Source: Macrostomum lignano
Lineage: Eukaryota
DNA length: 64,000 nt
Direction: 5' to 3'
NCBI GenBank assembly: GCA_002269645.1
Contig: NIVC01000311.1
Coordinates: 1-64,000 of the forward strand
Position numbers and translations under genes: made by a program. Below the pieces are notes generated by a model, which did not search any database, had not been told where the DNA came from, and saw nothing but the letters and a program-made list of their open reading frames with translations. Below are positions 1 to 14,069 of the stretch, piece after piece (within the stretch, counting starts at the first letter, position 1; every line of letters starts with the position of its first letter).

Positions 1-192
1 TGAAGCTTAATCTCGTAGCACTGGCAGACGTTTCTATCTGTGCTCGATTTAATAATTTTAGTTCAATATTTTATTGCTATTAATTATTAATTAATTATGC
101 CAGCCAACTAAGAGATGAGTCCTGAGGACTGGGGTCGCCTGCCCAGTGAGTCCCTAGGTGCAGGATACACAGCAGTATTACAGTGTAGCTCA

Positions 193-3503
<3,311 letters not shown>

Positions 3504-3674
3504 TCATTAATAACGGCTGAAAGAAACCGTTCTCATAACTAAACACTGGAGACAGCAGAAGTCGGTGCATATAATATATATGTTGTACTCATGGGCCATG
3601 GGCGTGCTCAAAGGTATTTTCAGAGGTTCCGACGCATAATATTTGTTATGCTTGATTCTGTAAAACTGTAAAAT

Positions 3675-5397
3675 TCAACTGAACTTCTTCAGCGACTGGT
3701 TCTTCCTGAACTTGTACACCAGGCCGAAGAAGTTGGCGGGGCACTCCAGCTCCAGCGAGTGGCCGCATTCGTCCAGAATGTCCGACTGGCACACGTTGGG
3801 CAGCGACTTCTGGAGCTGGCCGGCCAGGGACACCAGGGATAGCTGAGGGAATGGGTTGGAGGGAGACTGATTAATGGAATCGGTGATTTTTTCTATGAAA
3901 CTGCCTTATTGTAAATCAATAAGATCGCAGCCAATCAGATTTCAGCTAATCAGATCGCATCGAATCAGATTTCAGCTAATCAGATCGCAGCCAATTAGAT
4001 TTCAGCCAATAAAATTTCAGCCAATCAGATTTCAGCCAATCAGATCGCAGCCAATCAGATTTCAGCCAACTAGATCTCAGCCAATCAGATCTCAGCCAAT
4101 CAGATTTCGGCCAATCAGATCTCAGCCAATCAGATTGCAGCTCACCTCGTCCTGCTTGCCCCAGATGATGTGCGTGGCGGCGGTGATCTGCTCGGCCAGG
4201 CGCAGCAGAATATTGCAGTTGGCCTCCTCGAAGCAGTTGGCCAGCAGAGCTCGGTGGAACTCCAGCTTGGGCAGTCGGTCCTCCAGCATGCCGGTGAGCA
4301 CCTGGGAGGCCACCGGCACGGGCCTGTAGGCGCGGTGCCGCAGCGCCACCGTCAGCTCGTCGTAGCTGGCCGGAGCCAGCCAGCTGCTCAGGCGGTGCAG
4401 CAGCTCAGTGTTGGCCTCCTCGGTGGCCGAAGGCTGGCGCATCAACGGGGCGGCCACGGTGAGCAGGTCGGCCTGTTCAGGGTAGAGGGCCGCGTAGGCG
4501 CCAGCCACGCAGGCGCCCATGCTGTAGCCGATCACGTGCATCGGCTGCTTCTCGTAGCCGGCCGCGCAGACCAGGCTGCGGACTCGGCGGGCCAGCGGCT
4601 CCAGGTCGAATTCTTCGGCCGAACTGGCCAGGCTGCCGCCGTGGCCGGGCAGCTCGACGGCCAGGCAGTGCTCGGCCTGCGGGTCGGGGCGGGGGGCATC
4701 CGGGTTCATCCAGGGCATGATCCAGGGTTCATCCAGGGGATGATCCAGGGTTCATCCAGGGCATGATCCAGGGTTCATCCAGGGCAAGATCCAGGGTTCA
4801 CCCAGGGCATGATCCAGGGTTCATCCAAGGCATGATCCAGGGTTCATCCAGCACATTCGCACATTCCTCAAAAGTCCATCCAGGGCAATGGTTTAAGATT
4901 TACTAGCTTATCCTGGGCTTACTGGTGAGCTAATTTAAACCGCTCACCTGCGCGTCAATCAGTTCCACAAAGCTGTTCCAGCTGGACACGTCATCCGCCA
5001 GGCCGTGGATCAGCAGCATGGAGGTGCGGAACTTGTCAGCCCGGCCCTTCTCGGCGATGCGGTAGACTGTGCCGTCCAGCTGGATCTGGCGGCAGCGCAG
5101 GCCGGCCCGGCGGGTCTGCAGCCAGCGCAGCAGGCGGAACAGGTAGAGCGGGTGCTTGAACCAGAGCCAGGCGCCAACCACCAGGCAGAAGTTGAGCAGG
5201 CCGAGACAGATTGGGTAGGCGATCTGCCAGGCTAGCCAGAGACCCGAGCTGGGCTCCCGGGGCGTGGAGCTCATCATGCTGGCGTGCCGGTCGGCGAATG
5301 AGTTGCCACTGTGGCCACTGCCAGCGCCACCACCGCGGAAAGATGATGGCCGGCCACTGCCGCCAAGCATGTCTTTGCCAAATTCGTCAAAGTTCAT
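3675..5397 (-). CDS. ABHD6: ABHD6-like monoacylglycerol lipase (alpha/beta hydrolase), 3 coding exons
   Basis: Exons 5397-4948, 4676-4146 and 3842-3675 join in frame at GT-AG boundaries. N-terminal TM segment. Motifs LLIHGL, VELPGHG, nucleophile HVIGYSMG, IIWGKQDE and LDECGHS (catalytic His). Confidence 0.85.
3920..4140. repeat. 15-bp minisatellite CAGCCAATCAGATTT in ABHD6 intron 2
   Basis: About 14 tandem units, most with a CCAAT core. Confidence 0.95.
4705..4850. repeat. 23-bp minisatellite CATCCAGGGCATGATCCAGGGTT in ABHD6 intron 1
   Basis: About 6 tandem units next to the acceptor. Confidence 0.93.
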
Positions 5398-7806
5398 GGC
5401 AGACAGCTAACCTGGAATAGCTCTGAATTTGCTGAGCATGAATGAAAGAATCATCAAAGCACTGCATGAGGCATTTGCAGAGTAATTGTTCCATGTTATG
5501 CAAAGGAAACATTTATAAAAGTTTTATAAATAATTGCTTAATAACCAAACTATGCTTCTTATTTTTATATGATAGTGCCTATCAATATTTATGTACCAAT
5601 TAAATTGGCATATTGCCTAGATAGGTGTCATATTGTAATAAATAATAAATAATTATCTAAATTAACCTAATTATTAATAAAATGCAATTTGATAGTTATT
5701 TTCACCTGTGATTAGGCACTCATTATTTCCACAGTACTGTATAAATAGTACTATTATTCAGGTAGAGTTGCTTGCTTGGCAAGTAATATAAATAGGAAGG
5801 CAAAAATCAAAATTATTTTAAATTAATTGAATGATGCATTTCACATGATACTGTGCATCTTTAGGTTTATTTTTGAGCAAAAGAAACGAGTGAGATTGGT
5901 AGTAAATGAATACAAAATTTTGGGGTATAAATTAAATCAATATTTGAAGTATATGTTTGTTAGTCCATAAGTCAAGGCAAAGTCCAGGGACAGGTTGATA
6001 GTGATATAGTTAGAAGTACAGAATGTACATCCAATGCCCCTTCCCTTAGAACACACTGAGAACATGTCCTGTGCCACTGAGTTAGAGTTGAGTGTTGAGG
6101 TTGGGGGAATGCACTTTAATTTATAGCACTTCAAGTATTTGCAGTTTGGAATCGAATAAAGATTGATTTGATATGATATATATAAAATACAGCCCTTAAA
6201 ATACTTAAGGGTTGCAAAACTGCCAAACTGGTACCAATTTTTGCCAAAATTAACATCCTAGTGCCAAAATGATTTGAATCCATTGAACCTTGGGTTGCTC
6301 AATTTATACTAGAAGTTAGAGAAAGGAAAAAATAGAGGCTGAAGCCAAGGGAAAGGAATAATAACTACAGACTTCAAAAATCAACCTAATGATAAATTAG
6401 ACTATTGTCATTGGATCTAAATGCTGCCTAATAGGAATATACCTCTCAAATTTTTAAACATTATCTTTTATTTAACTTTGCAAATAGTTTCGACAACATC
6501 AATTTGACACAGAATATAGGCCCAGCAATATATACTTCTATCTAAAGGCATTTCAATTGTCAAATATTATCAAACTAAATCAAATGCTTTAAATTCAACG
6601 ATAAAACTTCAATCAATGGCTATTGAAAATCGTTTTATTTACAACATAATGTAATCTCGAAATGTCATACAAACGGCATGTGCTAGCAAATATATTTTAT
6701 CATGTTCAATGCGTATACATCATAAATTACAACTTCCTTATGAGTTGTGTCCAGAAGCATATAATTTTTTCAGTAAAAGTATACTTACTTTTTTTATTTA
6801 ATTCAATATAAATTCAATGCAAATAGCAACTTGAAAGATTAACATTTTTTAATTTCATACTAAACTACTAAAACAAAAGCAATAAAATTAACTAGGCTAA
6901 GTTTTTAAAAACCTATTAAAAAATCAGATCCCCTGCCTATGGTTTTAAGCAAAGGCTGCTGTATTTTTAATTATGGACTTATAATTTAAAACGAATTCGA
7001 ACAGTTTTGATTGCAAATTTTATTAGAAAAATCGTGCAGGAATATGATTTCGTCGTTAACACCACTCATCAATCATAATTCCACTGCAGTCATCTCATGC
7101 AGTAGAAAGCTGGAGAAATTAGTAACTTCTAAAACTGTACTTTCAGTTTCTATATAAAATCTGTTGATTCGCCCATTTTCATGAAACTTGCCAGAAAATG
7201 ATTTTGCCGCCTACGCCTCCTAGTAGGCCCTAGGCCTAAGGGCTAAGGCTTTTATTACTGAGCGAGAAAATGTAGAAAAATCGATCAATAATTTACGTGT
7301 GATGTTTTTAGGACCTGCATACATTTATTTTTCTCCGATGTCTTTAGTCTTGTATCATAATTTAACATTATATAAAAGTCCAATCCAATGACCAATTGTT
7401 GGCCTACATTTTAACTTTTGTTGCTAGGTGATCTCGAAAGATCAGGGATTAATAATTTTATACCTAAGACTGCCAATAAGAGTACAAGAGAGCTCTATGC
7501 TGTATGCTTCTATTGAAAAATTATTGTTAGGGGTCATAGCCTAATGTAATAGTTTAATGTGGCACTCTAGTATGCCAACTTTTTTAGACTTGATTCCAAA
7601 TGCAGTCACAGTCATTAGTTTAGGGGTTAGGCCATTAGGGTCATTTTTGGCAAAAATTCATTTTGTGAAAGTTATTTTAGCAAAAGGTCATTTTGGTAAT
7701 ATACATTTTAGCAAAAGCTATGTAAATATTAGTTTTTGTTATAATTTTTGAATACTTAGTCAATTTTAGATTTTTAATATTTCTAGTATTATTTAGGTCA
7801 AACAGA

Positions 7807-8169
7807 GGGGGCTGTAGCCCAGCGGTAGCGCAGCTGCTCTGGTGTGCCAGCAACCCAGGCTTGATTCTAAGTGCAGTCACATTAATTTGGGGCTAAATTG
7901 GAATCTTGGCTTGGCTCTACTTGTGTAATTAACGGCCTTGAGAGCCAACCTCCCAAGGCGCAGTGAAGTGTACATGCCTAACGACAAAATAAAGTTAGGG
8001 CTGCTGTACACTCCTGTGTGAGTGTGTGCCTATGTACGTATCCGCATGCTTTTATGCCTGCTCAGGGGAGTCGGCAGAATAGGCAGCAATGCCTCTCGCT
8101 GGTTGTGGTGCCTATGTCGCTTGAAGTGTGCCAGGGTGCACAGAACCCCCCTGCCTCTAATAATAATAA
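7807..8169 (+). mobile_element. tRNA-derived SINE (about 360 bp)
   Basis: tRNA-like head GGGGGCTGTAGCCCAGCGGTAGCGC (A box) and a degenerate B box GGCTTGATTCT. (TAA)n tail. 13-bp TSD TAGGTCAAACAGA at 7794-7806 and 8170-8182. Confidence 0.8.
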
Positions 8170-8852
8170 TAGGTCAAACAGAATTTTTTGCAATGAAAGT
8201 CTAGAGATGCTGCTTAGGAGAATTTGTCAATTTTATTTTTGATTAGGGCTTTAGTAAAAGTCCATTCTGTTTAAGCATCCTATTAAAGTTGTGCAATGAT
8301 TTTTTTGCTGCCTTTTTGTCTGCTAACAGACAAAACAACTTTTCTAGCAGAAGAATTAGGTGTGGGTCCTAGAGTTTTTGTGGTCTGCAGTGAATAGACT
8401 TTTATAAGTTAAAACAAACGTGTAGTTTATTTGTTTAAATAGAAATTATGAGTTATCTTTGAAACAATTCTTGTACTTAACATGCATACTAAGCACAATT
8501 AATTATATATTAATGAACAATTCAAATCATTGTGCTAACAAATCTACATGCTACTAGGGTTAGCAAATGAGTAAAACATACCCTAGAGACTTTATCCATA
8601 GAGATCAAAGCACCATTGAAGTCAGATGGGCAGGCAGGTGGAGAGCCAGTGAACAAGTAAATTAAGAGCAAATTAATTAGTGTGACCTCAAAGAAATGCT
8701 GCAATTTTGGCAGACAAAATGACTTTTCATGAATATTAGCAGACAAAAATGTGGTAGACAAAATGTACAGACAAAATCATTGTTACACTGTGACCAAGCT
8801 ATCTTCTTATCTAATACAATTTACTTCTTATATATTGTATATTATAGTCATA

Positions 8853-9746
8853 ATAATAATAATAATAGTTACGCCCCATGCCAGCCACAGAAGTGGTCAA
8901 AAGGGGGGAGCATCAAATTGCGCGTTTTAGAGCTAGGTCTCTAATGTGCTTCACACCGGCTGCCTGGCTGGGTGCTCGCGCATCTTTAAAAAGGCGGTTG
9001 ATGTAGCGGGCTGATTGTCCCTGGCCATGCCTGCACGGTCCCTGCGGTGTCCACAGCAGGATATCCTGCAGCGGCTCTGGGCAGTAAGCTTCAGCCCAGA
9101 TGACATGTCTGGCCAGCCACAGGCGCCACTGACTCAGCAGGGCAGAAGGCCGCGTCAGGCCTGTGCGCTTGTACAGGGACTCGGTTGTCTCGCTGCCAGG
9201 GCCGCAGCGGGTACCAAAAGCGGCGCGGACTAGGGCTGCATATGCCGCATCGAGCTGTGCCTCAAGCGCCCCAGTCAGTGTCCAGGTCTCAGCATTGTAT
9301 AGCAGGGCAGTCTCAACAACTGCCTGGAACAGCTGGGACCTGGCACCGTTGGACAGGGCCTCAGAGAGTAGCACCGCCTGCACAGATCAGAAGGCAGCCC
9401 TGAAGGCACTTCGGGAGCGCCGTCCTGGTGCCGTCGCCGACTCGAAGTTGAATCTCGGTGGGTAGATCATGCAGCACCGTCAGCACCTCAGTCTTCCTGG
9501 TGTTTATGACGAACCAACCCTCGCCACCGCCGCAGTCAAGCCATCCAGCAGCCGTTGGGCGCCTTCGGCCGTCGAAGACAGCAGGGCGAGGTCATCTGCG
9601 TAGCCAAGGACAGACAGTTTCTTCTCCGGGTGCCATTTACTGGTGCGCCTTTGCAGCAGAAAGCCATCCTCTGATGTCGGCAGGCCAGTCCTGAGCACCC
9701 AGTCCAATACCAGCATGAAGAGAAAGGGCGCCAGAGTCATAAAGAG
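8853..9746 (-). mobile_element. 5'-truncated RTE-clade non-LTR retrotransposon (RT C-terminal part, frameshifted)
   Basis: TLAPFLFMLVLDWVL, LGYADDLALL and LFQAVVETALLYNAETWTLT motifs. (ATT)n tail on the element strand. 12-bp TSD ATTATAGTCATA at 8841-8852 and 9747-9758. Confidence 0.88.
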
Positions 9747-10621
9747 ATTATAGTCATATATATCTTGCTCTTTCTTGTGCATTGCACTTTCATTTTTTCA
9801 ATCAACTATCAATATTAAATACAAATTAGAGTGTTCACTAAGATGCCTTCTATAATTTATATACTCGTATTTGACTTTAATGTCCCTTACTTTATAATGC
9901 AACAACCACCCTACTATGCACATTAAAAAGGGAGAACCCTAAGTATCACATGACAGCACTATAGAAGCTAAAGGGTATAGGCAGGTACAACTATGATTAT
10001 TGCCTAAAGTATATTTGGGACCCAGGTGCATATGCCTTTGCTTCTAACTAGACCTAATCTAATTAGCTAAGAAGTCTATTATCTTCCCATATACAAAAAA
10101 ATTATTTGCTATATTTCATCAATAGGAGCAAGCTATAATAGTATAGCTTTGTCATTTAAGTTATTTGTCAATAAATATATTAAAAACTACCAAAAAGCTA
10201 AGCCAAGGCCTAAAAAAGCTAGAAAACTAATATAAAATTTTTAATTGTTTAATCCTAAAAAGGGATGCTAATATCTTTAGATGAGATGGCTATCTTTCAG
10301 GTTTGATGCTTTTTGCTTTCAATATTTTTGCTTTTAAACTAAGAAGACTAGATAGTTGACTACACAAGGTCAAAAGCTTTATGTAGTATACTAAAAAACT
10401 ATATCTCTTTGTTGCCTTACTAAAGGTATATAGATTGTTAGTTTACATGCTAAATAATAAAAAATTGATATAATAAATCTGTTATGTTGAATTTTAATAA
10501 AAAAATAACAAGTGATTTGTTATATACCTGCGATGGTGGCGATGCTCCAAAGTCAGAATGTATCGTTGCGTTTCTTTCAGTTAAAAAAGCTGAAAACTGT
10601 GAATTGCAAAGAGTTGCAGGT

Positions 10622-12496
10622 ATGGCCACACAGACACAGAAAGTTGATGCTCAGCCGGCACAGTTCAGGTGAGTGTTGATCATCATCACCTTGCCGTTTT
10701 GCATCGCTGCTGACTAGTGAGGGTTATATCTGACTTATTGGCTCAAAAACCAAATCACCGACTCTTTATAGGCTGCTGCCAAAGGTGATCAATGGCGCCA
10801 TTGCTGGCCTGATTGGCGTCACCTGCACTTTCCCATCGATCTGGTCAAGACTCGCCTGCAGAAGCAGCAGGGGGGCACCGGATGTACAGTGGAATGTGAG
10901 CAGCTCACCTTACAGTCTGCTGTATTTGAGCAATTTGATCTGTAGATTTTCTGACGAAACCTGCGCTGTCCAATGCACTTTTGCAGGATCGACTGCGGCA
11001 AAAAGACGTTTATGAAGGAGGGCTTCTTCGGCATGTACAGAGGTATTTGAGCTGGGGATTATTGAATTTTGGGATTAGCATTGATTGATTGAGGATTCTG
11101 AAACGGATAATGAGGTGAGATTATAATCAAGTGGAACTAGGGATTAGGATAATGTCATGGGATTCGAGACTGGGATCAGATTCGGAATTTTTATGATTCA
11201 TCTCGCAGGCAGCGCCGTCAACCTGCTGCTGATTACCCCGGAGAAGGCAATCAAACTGGTTGGAAACGATTTCTTCAGACATAAACTGGAAACGCCCAGG
11301 TAAATGATCGAACATCGTTCTACAGATAAAAGCAGTAAAAGTGCAAATCGATAATTTAAAAGTACGTTCCCCTTCACTGCCGCAGCGGCAAGCTGACGCT
11401 GCCCCGTGAATGCCTGGCCGGCGGTCTGGCCGGTGCCTGCCAGATCGTGGTGACCACCCCCATGGAGCTGCTGAAAATCCACGGCCAGGTGGCCGGAGCC
11501 GCTGCCGACGCGGCCGGGACGCCCCGGGCCTCGACGACCTCAGTGGCGCTCAACTTGATCCGGGAGCGCGGCATCACTGGCCTCTATAAGGGCTTCGGCT
11601 CGACCTTCCTGCGCGACGTCTCCTTCTCGGTGATTTATTTCCCGCTGTTCGCCCACCTGAACCACCTGGGCCCGAGGAAGAGCCCGGATTCGCAGGACGC
11701 CGCCTTCTACGTGTCGCTGCTGGCTGGCATCGTGTCCGGCGCCACCGGCTCCTTCTGCGTCACTCCGCTGGACGTCATAAAAACTCGACTGCAAATTCTC
11801 AAGCACGGCGACGGTGATGTCAAATTTAATGGCGTCATCGACTGCTTCAGGTTGGCTAGGGATTGCTTGTTGGCCAATGATGGGTTGTGGAGAATCGCAG
11901 ATTATGACTGTACACTTAGAGGGGAGAGAATGAATGTACACTCGGGGGAGAGAATGAATGTACACTCAGAGGGGGGGAGGAGAATGAATGTACACTCAAG
12001 GGTAGAGAATGAATGTACACTCCGAGAGGTAGAGAATGAATGTACACTCAGAGGGGTGGAGAATGAATGTACACTCAGAGGGGGGGAGGAGAATGAATGT
12101 ACACTCAGAGGGGTAGAGAATGAATGTACGCTCGGAGGGGTAGAGAAGGAAAGTACATCAATAGGGGTAGAGAATGAAAGTACACCCAGAGGGGTAGAGA
12201 ATGAAAGTACACCCAGAGGGGTAGAGAATGAAAGTACACCCAGAGGGGTAGAGAATGAAAGTACACCCAGAGGGGTAGAGAATGAAAGTACACCCGGAGG
12301 GGTAGAGAACGAATGTACACTCAAACGATTTGAACGCCCCTCTTACAGAAAAACGCTCACCAACGAAGGCGTGACGGCATTCTTCAAAGGCGCCGGGTGC
12401 CGCATGGCGGTGGTGGCGCCACTGTTCGGCATAGCGCAAGCCGTGTACTATGTGGGCATAGCGGAGTTCCTGCTCGACAAGTGCTCATTTGCGTGA
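10622..12496 (+). CDS. SLC25A22: Mitochondrial glutamate carrier (SLC25A22/SLC25A18 family), 6 exons, with two apparent -1 frameshifts in exon 2
   Basis: Exons 10622-10668, 10772-10895, 10987-11042, 11209-11299, 11386-11850 and 12349-12496. Motifs [14 protein letters not shown], (P)[56 protein letters not shown] and [20 protein letters not shown]. The exons total 931 nt; adding 2 nt gives 311 codons. Confidence 0.85.
11910..12322. repeat. 27-bp minisatellite GGGGTAGAGAATGAAAGTACACCCAGA in SLC25A22 intron 5
   Basis: About 14 units, reading as GVENESTPR in the carrier frame. Confidence 0.93.
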
Positions 12497-13179
12497 ACAC
12501 TCTGGTGTGATACTGCTAGATAAAGCTAAATTCATATTAATGATAACATCATGCAAGTCATCGGCTCCTTCAGTATACTTTGCATTCACCTGTCAACTGA
12601 TTACGAAAATCTAGAGGAATTTTTCGCGTGCGCACCAATACTTGGCATTGATTAACTGACTACATGCAATGCTCGGAAATATGCCGCTCTCATTCTCGTG
12701 TAGCCAATTTATATAGATAGCAACTTTACTAAGCTTGTGTTGTTTAACTGAGAATTCCAAGTTGTACACCTGACCCCGCTATCAAGAAGGCTTGTTAATT
12801 GCATTCTTTTTCCCTTGCCCTTAGTCAGTTTTTTCTCCTGTTTTATTAGTTTTTAGTGTCACAATGTTCACCCCTAATGAGATAAAAGAACTGTTAATTG
12901 CACTACCGTATCATTGAGTTATTTTAATTGGATTGGCTTTGTGCAGCTTGGTTTTGTTCGAATTTCATCGTTTTGAAGTGTCTGTGTGTGATGCAGTTTC
13001 CGCTGCCGCTTGCTGTCTCATAATAAATTTGTTTTATTCCTTAGCAATAGTTAAATAAAATAGTTCATTAGCCACTCTCAAGTTGACTAATAATCATGTT
13101 TCCGAGATCTCTTCCTTAAAATTTGCTACAGTTCTCCTTGTTCTTTTAGTCACCTGTAAAATGTCTAGATTGGGTTCAT

Positions 13180-13920
13180 CTCTGTCTACCCAACCTACCT
13201 GTCTACCCAACCTTCCTGTCTACCTAACCTACCTGTCTACCTAACCTACCTGTCTACCTAACCTACCTGTCTGCCCAACCTTTCTGTCTACCCAACCTTC
13301 CTGTCTACCTAACCTACCTGTCTGCCCAACCTACCTGTCTACCCAACCTACCTGTCTACCTAACCTACCTGTCTGCCCAACCTTTCTGTCTACCCAACCT
13401 TCCTGTCTACCTAACCTACCTGTCTACCCAACCTCCCTGTCTACCCAACCTTTCTGTCTACCCAACCTTCCTGTCTACCTAACCTACCTGTCTGCCCAAC
13501 CTACCTGTCTACCCAACCTTCCTGTCTACCTAACCTACCTGTCTGCCCAACCTTTCTGTCTACCCAACCTTCCTGTTTACCTAACCTACCTGTCTGCCCA
13601 ACCTACCTGTCTACCCAACCTTCCTGTTTACCTAACCTACCTGTCTGCCCAACCTACCTGTCTACCCAACCTTCCTGTCTACCTAACCTTTCTGTCTACC
13701 CAACCTACCTGTATACCCTACCTTCCTGTCTGCCCAACCTGCCTGTCTGTTCAGCTCCCTGTCTACCCAACCTCCCTGTCTACCCAACCTTTCTGTCTGC
13801 CCAACCTACCTGTCTAGCCAACCTTCTTGTCTGTCCACCTTCCTGTCTACCCAACCTTCCTGTCTACCCAATCTTCCTGTCTACCCAAACTACCTGTCTG
13901 CCCAACCTCCCTGTCTGAAC
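13180..13920. repeat. 17-bp minisatellite CTACCCAACCTTCCTGT (intergenic)
   Basis: About 43 tandem units with variants. Confidence 0.95.
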
Positions 13921-14069
13921 ACTACCAGTCTCTTTGCTCAGCCCTAGCACTGGCTAGATGTAGCTGCAGTTATTATTAATTTTGCTGAATGCCGCCAAAG
14001 CCCAGCCAATCGCTGACAACCTGCAGCCCAGCTGGCGGCAGCCGCAGCCGCTGCTCAGACTGAAAGCAA

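Noticed and set aside
114-126. GATGAGTCCTGAG, matching part of the AFLP MseI adapter
   Set aside because: It is only 13 nt, is embedded in ordinary sequence and lacks the rest of the adapter. Chance match.
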